This document shows, piece by piece, positions 35,943-45,321 of a stretch of DNA of 64,000 nucleotides. The notes under the pieces were generated by a model. It saw only the letters and a list, made by a program, of their open reading frames with translations. It was not told the origin of the DNA and searched no databases. A program made the translations under genes and the position numbers. Source of the DNA: Escherichia phage ECBP2; sequence record NC_018859.1; one strand, given 5' to 3'. How positions within the stretch are numbered: position 1 is the stretch's first letter; every line of letters starts with the position of its first letter.

Positions 35943-37387
35943 GAGTTTCTATTTCCTTGTACAGATGATGCCAAATTGTTAATCATGTTGCGAGCTGTTT
36001 CACGAGATAGTGTAACACCTGCTAAGTTGTTATGAAGCTCACCAGATAGTTCACGAGCAGCAGCTCGAAGTTCTGCACCAAGTGCAGTGTCAGAGTGAGC
36101 CAGACCGTTACGACGACCGACAGGTCGAGGAGTATTGTTAGCATCATTAGCTAAAGATGGAAAATCAATACGAGCAGCTTCACGAGCCGCTATCGCTGCT
36201 ACTCGATCTTCCGTAGGGGTTGGCAAATCACCAACTTCTACACGTTCTATATCACCAGCACATAGACCCTGAACAACTGAGCTTACTGTTTCCCATGAAC
36301 GATGAGAACGCTGTAAATCACCCATTGACGGAGAAGGAATAGGACGAGCAGTTCCCCCTTGAACATGCCATGTACGGTTGTGGGTGTCCGTCCCAGAAGA
36401 ACGTGCACTACCAAAACTACCATTAAAAGTATTACGAGGGTCCATTGTAGAAGGGGCTGCGAATCTTGGGACTTCCTGTTGCCAAGAGTCACGTCTGTTG
36501 GTTCCCGGAGTCCAAGGTTGTGTGATTGCTTCAGCACCGATAGTGGTTAATCCACTAGACCATTCTGTCTGTAGGTTAACTTCCTCGTCCAGATAACTAC
36601 GACCCCTTTCCTGAGGAATGTTTAATATAGTTTCCATCATCTTCAGGGTATAATGACGACGCTGATTCTGATATAAATTTACACCAGCCATAGGTCCAAC
36701 TAAATCACTAATCAGGTGAACTTCTGGCTCACCGAAAGCTCCCATTGCAAGGTGCATATATTCGGTAGAACTGCTATAAACTGCAACAGTTGCTTCAGGC
36801 CACTTCTTGTGAACGTACTTCATTTCACGACTAGATACCACAGGAATGTCACGAGTGTATGACATTGCAAACAAACCTTCGTTTGACACATACAGATTAC
36901 CAAGAGTCATAAACCCTTGACAGATCATAGGGAAGCGACGGCTTAAAGTATCCATATCCAAAGGTAGATTAATCATCATCTGGATTTTAACTTGATCAAT
37001 CTCAATTTCCAGAATCTCTTGGAAAGTGAAAAGCGCTTCAGCATAGGTTGTCCCGTTAACAGGCTGAATTAGTCGAGATGTAACTTGAAGCCCCTTACTC
37101 TCTGTCCAAGACAAGAAGTTGTCAAGGAACAGTGCAGCATTACTTACGTTAGCAGGGCTGTTTTCCTGACGAGTGTTCCAACGGAATCCCCCTTGAACTA
37201 GGAAGATATCAACATCATTCGGAGTTCGATTTTGGAAGAACGTATCACGGATAGCACCACCTGCAATGACAGGATAGATACCATCAGGGACTACGTTATC
37301 TCTGATCAAATTACGAATTAGGTCAAGCCCTACACTGAGGGCTTCTCCTTCTTGAAGGTTCAATTCAGACAATGGAATCTTAATCAT
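35939..37387 (-). CDS. Pol-beta-superfamily nucleotidyltransferase (CCA-adding/poly(A) polymerase-like head) with long low-complexity C-terminus
   Basis: VIAGGAIRDTFFQNRTPNDVDIFLV fits the GG.(V/I)RD...(n)D.D signature of tRNA nucleotidyltransferases. The rest is not recognisable. Confidence 0.45.
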   Translation of the reverse strand: MIKIPLSELNLQEGEALSVGLDLIRNLIRDNVVPDGIYPVIAGGAIRDTFFQNRTPNDVDIFLVQGGFRWNTRQENSPANVSNAALFLDNFLSWTESKGLQVTSRLIQPVNGTTYAEALFTFQEILEIEIDQVKIQMMINLPLDMDTLSRRFPMICQGFMTLGNLYVSNEGLFAMSYTRDIPVVSSREMKYVHKKWPEATVAVYSSSTEYMHLAMGAFGEPEVHLISDLVGPMAGVNLYQNQRRHYTLKMMETILNIPQERGRSYLDEEVNLQTEWSSGLTTIGAEAITQPWTPGTNRRDSWQQEVPRFAAPSTMDPRNTFNGSFGSARSSGTDTHNRTWHVQGGTARPIPSPSMGDLQRSHRSWETVSSVVQGLCAGDIERVEVGDLPTPTEDRVAAIAAREAARIDFPSLANDANNTPRPVGRRNGLAHSDTALGAELRAAARELSGELHNNLAGVTLSRETARNMINNLASSVQGNRNS

Positions 37388-37389
37388 TT

Positions 37390-37938
37390 CTACATTTTCC
37401 AGTTGAGAGATGGGGGATTCTTATAATCAAATCCTGCCATTTGGCAAAGACACATATAAACCTTAACTGTTAAGTTAACGTCTTGCTCACAATATGTGAA
37501 CATGTCTTCAGTGAATGCATCCCATGCTTCTTCCTGCTCACCATAATCACCCTTCAGCTCACCCAGAAATTCGCCCCATTGCTTGAGGCCGTGACCACGA
37601 GGGCCATGTCTTGGGTCGCCTTTGGGATATTCTGGATTGTCTCCAATACGGTCAGGCTTGAGATAACGACTCAGGCAAAGTGTATCGAAAACATTGAAGT
37701 GGAAAGGTATTACATGAGAGTAGAATTTAAAGAGAGCTGGAAGGTCGAAGTCGATAATGTTATGACCTACAACTACATCAGCTTCTTTCAGTTTGTGAAG
37801 AGCTTCTTCAATTTGGTGAGGGCGATACCCCCACCGTTCACCTGTAAGAGCATCAAATATCCAGATACACCAGACATTTTGGATGCCCTCATAGAGATTA
37901 TCACCCTCGATATCGAAGGCGAATATTTTCTTTACCAA
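37390..37938 (-). CDS. 3'-5' exonuclease domain of T7-like DNA polymerase, encoded as a separate gene
   Basis: [10 protein letters not shown] (ExoI), [13 protein letters not shown] (ExoII) and YCEQDV (ExoIII) align with T7 gp5 residues 1-190. TTG start after GGGGAGG. Confidence 0.8.
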   Translation of the reverse strand: MVKKIFAFDIEGDNLYEGIQNVWCIWIFDALTGERWGYRPHQIEEALHKLKEADVVVGHNIIDFDLPALFKFYSHVIPFHFNVFDTLCLSRYLKPDRIGDNPEYPKGDPRHGPRGHGLKQWGEFLGELKGDYGEQEEAWDAFTEDMFTYCEQDVNLTVKVYMCLCQMAGFDYKNPPSLNWKM

Positions 37939-39722
37939 GGTCGTGCCTCCCCGTCTTGTGTGAGCAGAGAAGCTGCATCCTCACCATTGGTCAAGACAAA
38001 CGGATTAGCTTCATCAACTTCATGATCTTCTCGTTCTACAAGTCGACCTGTTTCATTGATGTACTTGGTGTAGCAAACACCTGTCTGACCATAGTTACGC
38101 TCTTTGAGGAGTCGTATGATTGACAAGTTCTTGCCTAACCCATCAGCTTGCTTATCTCGTTCAAAACCAATGATGCACTGACACCAACGCATTAGTGAAC
38201 GTGAACCAGTGAACTGAACCTCTTTCACCTGTCCACCTTCTTCGTGAGGAGCACCACCTGCCGGAGCATTCAAGTGAGATAATACAAAAGCAGTGAAGTC
38301 TAATTCCTTACACATACCAGCAAGCTCTGAGGCAATCTTACTGATTTCTGTATTCACTTCAGATGGGGTTAGGTGAGAGACTAGCGCAGTGATGTTATCA
38401 AGAATGATAAACTTACACTGATTCTCGACTACCCAGAAGCGAATACACTGCTTAATATCATCCCACTCATTCTGACCGAAGTTATCATACAAGAAGAATT
38501 TATCAGCATAACGAAGTGCTTCATCACGTAGCTGAGATTCCTCATATTCAACATCAGGTCGGTGGAAAGGTACAGATGCTGACTTACCTGCAATGTTTTT
38601 AACAGACATGCCTACCTTCTCTTCCAAGAAGAAGCCACCACCATTAAACCCATGTTCAAGGCAAAGCCATGCTACCAGTTCGTGTGCGATCAGGGTTTTA
38701 CCTGAACCAACACCACCACCGATTGCAACCATCTCTCCCCAACGAATACCGAAGGTCATTTCATTCAGAGTTTTCCACGGATAAGGAATACCCCACTCCG
38801 CTTTCTTCAGAGCATCTTCTAAACAATCAAAGACAGTAACAGCACCAGCAGGTGATTCCCGCTTCGCTGAATATTTCAGATTGTTGAATAACTCTTGACC
38901 TCGACCAGCGAGTAACATGTCATTTGCATCTTTGATTTCCTTCTCTTGACCATTGTAAGTGAAGGTTCCTTTCGGAATACGAGCAAATTTAACATGGGGG
39001 TATAATGCACGACCTTTAGTTAATGCAATCTCACCTGCATCATCATTGTCCATGCAGAGCACAATCTCCTCAAAACCATTCAAGAAGTCACGGTTACGTG
39101 AGAGAACGGAAGAGATTGAACCTGCACCAAACGGTAGAGATACACACGCAGGTTTGATGTTTGTAGCGTTCGTAAACGCAGTGAGCACATGGAAGCCAGA
39201 CATACAAGAGAGTGGGTCTTCAAAGATGAAGAGCTTCTTGTTGTACACGTCACCACGTTGTGCTTGAGCCATACCGAATAGGTCAGCTTCTTTAACACTG
39301 CCGATGTAATAGAATTTCTTGCTGTCCAGAAGCTTAACTTCATAACCAACAATGTTTCCATCACGTTCACGAGGGAAGAAATAACTATCAGGAGTTTGCC
39401 CATCCGTCTGACTTAAACCGATACGACATTCATATCGTTCAGAGACAGCTTTAGGAATCAAACGACGAGTAAGCTCGCCCTGAGGTAGCTCTAAGCAATC
39501 GTCTAAGATCTCTCGGAGTTCTTCAGGGGATAGTTCTTTCTTCTCATTCGGTGTAGGAGTTGTTCCCTTTTCGAAAACTTCATAACTGCCACAACGATTA
39601 CAACTGCCCCACTCTTCACCGGACTCTTCGTTTCGGAAGAGAATCATGTGATTGTGGGTCTTATCACGACCATGAGAGATACATTCCTTACAACCTGTAT
39701 CTCCTAGGATGATCTTTGACAT
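37932..39722 (-). CDS. Bifunctional primase-helicase (T7 gp4-like)
   Basis: N-terminal Zn ribbon (CKEC...CNRC), a TOPRIM region, then a DnaB-type helicase with Walker [10 protein letters not shown] and Walker B FIILDN. Confidence 0.85.
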   Translation of the reverse strand: MSKIILGDTGCKECISHGRDKTHNHMILFRNEESGEEWGSCNRCGSYEVFEKGTTPTPNEKKELSPEELREILDDCLELPQGELTRRLIPKAVSERYECRIGLSQTDGQTPDSYFFPRERDGNIVGYEVKLLDSKKFYYIGSVKEADLFGMAQAQRGDVYNKKLFIFEDPLSCMSGFHVLTAFTNATNIKPACVSLPFGAGSISSVLSRNRDFLNGFEEIVLCMDNDDAGEIALTKGRALYPHVKFARIPKGTFTYNGQEKEIKDANDMLLAGRGQELFNNLKYSAKRESPAGAVTVFDCLEDALKKAEWGIPYPWKTLNEMTFGIRWGEMVAIGGGVGSGKTLIAHELVAWLCLEHGFNGGGFFLEEKVGMSVKNIAGKSASVPFHRPDVEYEESQLRDEALRYADKFFLYDNFGQNEWDDIKQCIRFWVVENQCKFIILDNITALVSHLTPSEVNTEISKIASELAGMCKELDFTAFVLSHLNAPAGGAPHEEGGQVKEVQFTGSRSLMRWCQCIIGFERDKQADGLGKNLSIIRLLKERNYGQTGVCYTKYINETGRLVEREDHEVDEANPFVLTNGEDAASLLTQDGEARPW

Positions 39723-39758
39723 GCTCTATCCTCCTTGGAATTCCTTGAGCAGACTTCT

Positions 39759-39965
39759 TCAATAAAACGAACGTATTTCTTCCCACACATCATCTTGAAG
39801 ACTTTTAAAACCCTGTAAAGCTGATTGGGTTCTCATGATAAAATCTTCAGAATGTTTATTGCGGTCAAGCATACTGACAAACTTATCATAACGGTTAATC
39901 TTCCACCGTAACTTTAAGTAATCAGACTCAAGCTTTCTCAGCTTCTGTCGCTCAATTACTGTCAT
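39759..39965 (-). CDS. Hypothetical small protein
   Basis: Start set at MTVIERQ, which overlaps the upstream stop. Confidence 0.4.
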   Translation of the reverse strand: MTVIERQKLRKLESDYLKLRWKINRYDKFVSMLDRNKHSEDFIMRTQSALQGFKSLQDDVWEEIRSFY

Positions 39966-40383
39966 CCTGTTCACCTGCCAGATACGCTGTCCAATCACCA
40001 GATTCAACCAGAACATCTTGTTCTTCGTCGATATGATAAATCCACGCTTCCACAGTTTCACCACTATCCAGCACTACTGGAATTAGTGTACGATTATAGA
40101 AGGTATATGGGTTGTCTTTACCACGATAACCTTCCAGACCGTCATATGGACCTTCCAGACCAGCTTGAGTTGTTTCAAACACTTCCACACGAACAGGCTT
40201 ACCATTACTGTCATGTTCCAGAGATACACTTGGGAAGTATGCTGTGCAATACTGATACAGGTTACAGTTGTTTACTGTCCACCCTTCACCAATAGACACA
40301 CCACCTGCACGAGCGTTGATAGCGTGGTTGTGTTGACCTTTACGAAGAGAACCATACGTTGCAACTAATACTTTATCAGACAT
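39952..40383 (-). CDS. Gamma-glutamyl cyclotransferase-like (AIG2/GGACT fold) protein
   Basis: ATYGSLRKGQHNH at the N-terminus (YG(T/S)L..G signature), later YFPS, GLEGY and AWIY. Confidence 0.7.
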   Translation of the reverse strand: MSDKVLVATYGSLRKGQHNHAINARAGGVSIGEGWTVNNCNLYQYCTAYFPSVSLEHDSNGKPVRVEVFETTQAGLEGPYDGLEGYRGKDNPYTFYNRTLIPVVLDSGETVEAWIYHIDEEQDVLVESGDWTAYLAGEQDDSN

Positions 40384-40387
40384 TACA

Positions 40388-40585
40388 TTACCTTTTGTTT
40401 AGAATTTCTTTTGTACAAGAAGTCCCGTTACACACGAGAATTGTTTGAGTTACAGAATCGACAACCGTTACATGGCTGCCACATTGAGTTATAATTTGAC
40501 CTCTCCCTGAATCTTTAGAGATGCATTCATCAGCGGCGATTGCTGATACGCTGAATAAGGAGAGGAGGAGTAAAATCTTTTTCAT
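40388..40585 (-). CDS. Small secreted Cys-rich protein
   Basis: Signal peptide MKKILLLLSLFSVSAIA and four Cys residues. Confidence 0.5.
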   Translation of the reverse strand: MKKILLLLSLFSVSAIAADECISKDSGRGQIITQCGSHVTVVDSVTQTILVCNGTSCTKEILNKR

Positions 40586-40591
40586 GACTGT

Positions 40592-41008
40592 TTACCAATC
40601 GTATAGGAAACCAGAATATCCGGAGAAAATGATTGATCGAACATCTTTTTCAGAGATTAGTTCAAAACTCTTCTTAACAGCTTCCACAAGATCACTGTTC
40701 GACAATTCTTTTTCCTTGAACCAATACTCTTCAAAAATATCAGAGAAGGTGTAGGTTCGATATCTCTCCAAGTCATAATAATGGTCTACTGCATAGTTAA
40801 TAACTCTGCTGATAGAGCTAGAAGCCACAGGGAAAAGGGAGCTGTGCTCCATAAACAGGCACCAGCGATTAAAGAGTGGTATGTCTTCATCTTTCAGAAG
40901 ACTCTCTAGCTCTTCCTTTGCCTCTTTCTTATGCTTCTCAAAGAGGTTTTTGGAATACTCTACGTCTAAGATACGACTTTTAAACATATCCAGTTTATTA
41001 TCAACCAT
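40592..41008 (-). CDS. Hypothetical protein
   Basis: 138 aa ORF. Confidence 0.5.
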   Translation of the reverse strand: MVDNKLDMFKSRILDVEYSKNLFEKHKKEAKEELESLLKDEDIPLFNRWCLFMEHSSLFPVASSSISRVINYAVDHYYDLERYRTYTFSDIFEEYWFKEKELSNSDLVEAVKKSFELISEKDVRSIIFSGYSGFLYDW

Positions 41009-41064
41009 TTACAACCTCCAGTTAAATTCGAACTAGCCTCCTCTTTCGAAGAGGCTAAAGCAAA

Positions 41065-41250
41065 TTATTCTACTTCGAAGTGTTTGATCACACCAGTCAA
41101 CACATCAGATTGGAATGTACCTACCAACTCCACTCCTCGGAAGAAGTTAACACTTGTTCCAAGCGATTCAAAACGCTCTGCTTGAATATCTAGAGATTGA
41201 ATATTACCTTCTGAGTTTACTGTACGAAACATGATTGTGTATTTATTCAC
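41065..41250 (-). CDS. Hypothetical small protein
   Basis: 61 aa with an ATGA-type overlap onto the upstream gene. Confidence 0.45.
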   Translation of the reverse strand: MNKYTIMFRTVNSEGNIQSLDIQAERFESLGTSVNFFRGVELVGTFQSDVLTGVIKHFEVE

Positions 41251-41489
41251 AGAGTTGTTACTCCCTTATCTTCTTGTGCAATTGCGATGATACGCTCAAC
41301 ACATTCCATTGAATATTTATCACCTCGTTTAAGGAAGGTGACAATTGCAGAGAACTGATTACCAATCATTCTCTTGTTTGTGATTCCAAACTCTTCACAG
41401 AGTTGGTTAATAGCTTTACGAGAACCAACAATCAGAGGTTCTTTTTGTTCGGTCATTCCACGACTGATCAAATCTTCGATAGACAACAT
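41247..41489 (-). CDS. Hypothetical small protein
   Basis: 80 aa. SD AAGGAA. Confidence 0.45.
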   Translation of the reverse strand: MLSIEDLISRGMTEQKEPLIVGSRKAINQLCEEFGITNKRMIGNQFSAIVTFLKRGDKYSMECVERIIAIAQEDKGVTTL

Positions 41490-41514
41490 TACAAATTCCT
41501 TTTGTTTTTTTTAA

Positions 41515-42762
41515 TTACAGAGTTACTGCTACTTCACTACCTTCAACAGTTACAGACTCTAACTTACGAGGGTTATTAATCTGTGCTGGATGGACTGGAA
41601 CGTTCCAACCACTGCGGTAGAAGTTACGACCATCGCAGAACAGAATGACATTGGCAGACATTGCATTAGGTTGCAGGTTGTTGTAAACATGACGAATATT
41701 TGCAATCCAGTAACCACGAGACAAAGTATAACCAGTAGGTGCATTACGAATAGTTTGAGTATTCATCTGACCTTCCAGTTGCATTTCTTCAGGAACCACA
41801 TCAACTGAATCAACCGGTTGTGCTACTTGGCCTTCCAGTGCAAAGTTTTCATCGTCAGCACTTTCACTGTCAGCAACCAACTCACCGTCTCCGTCTTCGA
41901 TTGGAGCTTCAACAGGAGTCTGGTAAACTACTTTATACTGAGGAGTATAGAGAGGGTTTTGAGCTTTAACAAACTCAAGGATGTTGTGACGGTAGATATC
42001 CAGAGTTGTGCCAGTTAGGCCCGGTGCTGTATTAACTTCCAGTACCCATGCTTCTTGACCTTTGGTGATGATATCAACTGCACCGAAATCTAGACCCATT
42101 GATTCAACAGCTTTCACTGCGTTGATCAGAGAGGCATCGTTCGGAACGTCTGTGAAGGAACTTGAGTAAACCCAACCAGTGTGATGGTTACGAACATCTT
42201 CACGATAGTTAGGGTCTTCACGATAACCGTTACGACGAATCTTTTTCTGAACATAGGTGATAGCACCTTTGAACACATGGACACGCCATTCACGACGTGG
42301 GCCTTGAATGCCTTTAGTGTACAGTTCAGCTCGACCAAGACCATCACCCGGTTCTACAACAACAATGCCCGAACCAGAGTGACCAGTCAGCTCATGGCGC
42401 TCATACACAATATTACCAGTGTTTGACCACTCTTGAGCAGTCTCTTGAACATCTGTGTATTCCACAGTTTTAACACCTGCTTGGCCCATCACGCTGAAAG
42501 CACGACGTTTGTTCGCTGCCATATGTAAGGCTGCGGTACGGTTAAGGACGGTTGCAGAACCAAAGAATGATTCAGGATAGCGACGGTTCCCGTAGTTAAC
42601 AACCACATCACCTTCACGAGAACGCCAGCGGCTATTCTCTGAAAGAAGACCCATCACGTTAGCATTGATGCGTTCATCACGGATAGTATCACTGATAGCA
42701 GATACCAGAGCGTTAACAGAATCAGACGGGCCATACGGAAGAACACGGATACGAGTAGTCAT
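41515..42762 (-). CDS. ATP-grasp ligase (RimK-like) with C-terminal extension
   Basis: Has the ANKRRAF, SGSGIVVV and EWRVHVF blocks and the C-terminal block DFGAVDII....AWVLEVNTAPGL typical of ATP-grasp enzymes. Confidence 0.75.
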   Translation of the reverse strand: MTTRIRVLPYGPSDSVNALVSAISDTIRDERINANVMGLLSENSRWRSREGDVVVNYGNRRYPESFFGSATVLNRTAALHMAANKRRAFSVMGQAGVKTVEYTDVQETAQEWSNTGNIVYERHELTGHSGSGIVVVEPGDGLGRAELYTKGIQGPRREWRVHVFKGAITYVQKKIRRNGYREDPNYREDVRNHHTGWVYSSSFTDVPNDASLINAVKAVESMGLDFGAVDIITKGQEAWVLEVNTAPGLTGTTLDIYRHNILEFVKAQNPLYTPQYKVVYQTPVEAPIEDGDGELVADSESADDENFALEGQVAQPVDSVDVVPEEMQLEGQMNTQTIRNAPTGYTLSRGYWIANIRHVYNNLQPNAMSANVILFCDGRNFYRSGWNVPVHPAQINNPRKLESVTVEGSEVAVTL

Positions 42763-42763
42763 T

Positions 42764-42994
42764 TTAGATACCTTTTAGTTTAAGAATTTCGTTACGACAG
42801 GATTGAATTTTAACTTCGATTGCCCAATACTCGGCGAACATTTCGTCTTCTTGGTCATCGTTTGGTGAATCAATTAGGTTGAAAGCAAACGGATACAGCT
42901 TTCGCTGCTCCGTCACCATTTGTTGAAGTCGGAGCTGTTGATACTCCAGCATTGTCAGGTGAGGCTTAGCTCCCTTGCTTGACATGAGGCTCAA
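42764..42994 (-). CDS. Hypothetical small protein
   Basis: 76 aa, coupled to the ATP-grasp gene. Confidence 0.45.
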   Translation of the reverse strand: MSLMSSKGAKPHLTMLEYQQLRLQQMVTEQRKLYPFAFNLIDSPNDDQEDEMFAEYWAIEVKIQSCRNEILKLKGI

Positions 42995-43199
42995 CTTTAA
43001 TCCCCTTCATTTTCACGTAGTCAGCCAACACGTTGTTAATAACGGTTGGAAAAGGGATTTCAACTGGAGAGTCAACCAGCTTCCCAATACCTTCTTGCAT
43101 CCACTTCTGAATGGCTCGAAGGTTATCACATCCTGTGCTTGTCATTGGGATACGTCGAGTAGTTACAACGTTATCCAACATCAATTTACGAACTTCCAT
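42966..43199 (-). CDS. Hypothetical small protein
   Basis: 77 aa. Confidence 0.45.
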   Translation of the reverse strand: MEVRKLMLDNVVTTRRIPMTSTGCDNLRAIQKWMQEGIGKLVDSPVEIPFPTVINNVLADYVKMKGIKVEPHVKQGS

Positions 43200-43210
43200 A
43201 ACTTCACCTC

Positions 43211-45244
43211 TTAATGTTTACCTTTACAGTAATCTGAATTACAGATCACCCTGTTTTCTTTGTTTAGTGAGCAAATTTCTGCATCACGCCACGGAATTTG
43301 TTTATAACAGACTGCACAAAACCCAATTGAAGTCCAGAGGGCTTTTGTGAACTCAGCTGTTCGTTGTCCGTCGTAACTGACAACTGTTTTTCGGAGAGTT
43401 GTTTGCTTTTCTGGAAATGTCTCCGCTTTCTCAGCGGGCACCTCCTTTGGGGCATTCTTTGGACCATAAACAGAGATGGCATAGGTATCGCCACCACGTT
43501 TTTCCAAATAAGAGTTTGGAACATCAGACAATTCAATGTCACCAGAACGTTTAGCTGAGCTGACCATTACAATCATCCGGCTAAGCATACGCTGATCAAC
43601 ACGAACTGCTACTTCAGGGCGGCGTGGGTTAGTTGTGTCAACTGCTTTAGTCCAAATGTAACCTTCAGACAATGTAGTGTTAGTCACTTTGTCTTTGATT
43701 TCTTTGGCACAGACATAACAAATGTCTTCACCACGCAGTTTACTCATTTCATTATCAAACTCGAAATCAGTTTTAACATTACCACACACAGCACAGACAC
43801 CCAAAGGAATGTCTTCATCTTCTTCAGATGGTTTGGAGAGTGCTTCGAAACAGGCCGGATGCCAATATGCTTGGTAAGCGAACACAGCTTTCTTAGCATC
43901 TTTCCAATCAATGTGCTTATCACAACCACCACAATCACCGTGAGAATGTGATTCCCAGAACTTACGAGTGACTTCTACACCATTCTTAGTGATGAAGGAG
44001 TCTTCTAAGTCAAAAGGGATATCATCATCAAAATCAGCGGTGGTGCTTTGAGGCTCCTTATCGGTAGCGTCAACAAACAGCCCTGAAGTTAGTACGAGGC
44101 GAATCATACTGTCCACTTCGGAGATACAAGCAACTGTCCCGCGATACACTACCTTTGGGTTTTCGAGAGCCTTCAAGTACTCACTCTTGGCTACATTATG
44201 AACATCACCCTCAACATATTCTTGAGCAGCATCATCATAAATATAACCAACCATCTTACCACGGTCAGTGTTGTTGTAAGCATGGAACTCGTGAGGGATG
44301 ATATCCACACGACCATCACGACGATATGGAAGACCACGATCGGCAGCCAGTTTATTCTGATCTTCAATCGCTTTACGACGGCGAATGTCTCCGCTTGTCA
44401 CGCCGGGCTTGTCGTCTTTGTTTCCGTAAATGTCGCTTGTGCTGCTGCTTGATTTGTTTGTCTGTTGGCTCTGATATAGTGAGGAGTTCGAGTAATAGCC
44501 GCCCCAGCGACTCGTTACCGTAAAAACCGGAAGCTTGTGCTCCACCTCTTGAGTCAGAGTCATACGGTTGCCAGACAAATCAAAGATGTATTCAGTTCCC
44601 ACTTTACACTCAAAGTGATCATTGATACGGTTCTTGTGTGACTTGGAACGATTAAGAATCCACATCAACATATCTTCTTCAGAAGCACCAAACCAATCCA
44701 GACCACAACGGGCCAGATGGAAAGGACGTTCATCGTTACGAATGATATGCAGAGTATTGTCTTTGGCGTCATGCCAGATTAAAGTGAACGCACCATCCAA
44801 CTTCTGGATAGTCTCTGCTGCACCAATGGTGTTGATTGAATGACAGATGTTTTCGCTATCAACTTCGAAGTTCTTATGGTCAGGTAACAGCTCTTGGTCC
44901 ATCAATGTACCATTGTGAACCAGAGTAATGTCACCATGAGAGAACGGGTGAGCATTTCGAGCATTGACAGCGCCACGAGTGGCATGTCGGCTATGACCAA
45001 CAATCCACGCTGGAGGAACTACATAGTTCGTAAGCCCCTTAGTAATATTCGTGTACTCTGTCTGAAGCATGAAAGCATAAGAAGGAAGTGCTTCTTTATA
45101 AGAAAACACTCTTGCATCACTTTTACGCTGACCGAACACACCAGTTGAGTGCTGACCACGGAAGACTCCGGCATACAGAAGCTGGTTGAATACGTCTAAG
45201 TCTGTGGAGGTCATGTTGCCCCCAGCTAATACGATACCACAAAT
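43211..45244 (-). CDS. Class II (Ntn) glutamine amidotransferase fused to a multi-zinc-ribbon C-terminal region; AUU start
   Basis: In-frame upstream of the track ATG the sequence reads TAG AAA ATT TGT GGT ATC GTA, that is (M)CGIVLAGG, the canonical Cys1 N-terminus of PurF/GlmS-type enzymes. AGGTGG lies 8 nt before the ATT. Later motifs are HSRHATRG and LVHNGTL. The C-terminal half has several CxxC pairs. Confidence 0.8.
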   Translation of the reverse strand: MCGIVLAGGNMTSTDLDVFNQLLYAGVFRGQHSTGVFGQRKSDARVFSYKEALPSYAFMLQTEYTNITKGLTNYVVPPAWIVGHSRHATRGAVNARNAHPFSHGDITLVHNGTLMDQELLPDHKNFEVDSENICHSINTIGAAETIQKLDGAFTLIWHDAKDNTLHIIRNDERPFHLARCGLDWFGASEEDMLMWILNRSKSHKNRINDHFECKVGTEYIFDLSGNRMTLTQEVEHKLPVFTVTSRWGGYYSNSSLYQSQQTNKSSSSTSDIYGNKDDKPGVTSGDIRRRKAIEDQNKLAADRGLPYRRDGRVDIIPHEFHAYNNTDRGKMVGYIYDDAAQEYVEGDVHNVAKSEYLKALENPKVVYRGTVACISEVDSMIRLVLTSGLFVDATDKEPQSTTADFDDDIPFDLEDSFITKNGVEVTRKFWESHSHGDCGGCDKHIDWKDAKKAVFAYQAYWHPACFEALSKPSEEDEDIPLGVCAVCGNVKTDFEFDNEMSKLRGEDICYVCAKEIKDKVTNTTLSEGYIWTKAVDTTNPRRPEVAVRVDQRMLSRMIVMVSSAKRSGDIELSDVPNSYLEKRGGDTYAISVYGPKNAPKEVPAEKAETFPEKQTTLRKTVVSYDGQRTAEFTKALWTSIGFCAVCYKQIPWRDAEICSLNKENRVICNSDYCKGKH

Positions 45245-45321
45245 TTTCTAATCCACCTGAAGGGTAAACCCTTTCATCTAATTAACCTTTAAATGCGCCC
45301 TTTATCAGAGCGCCCATTGTA

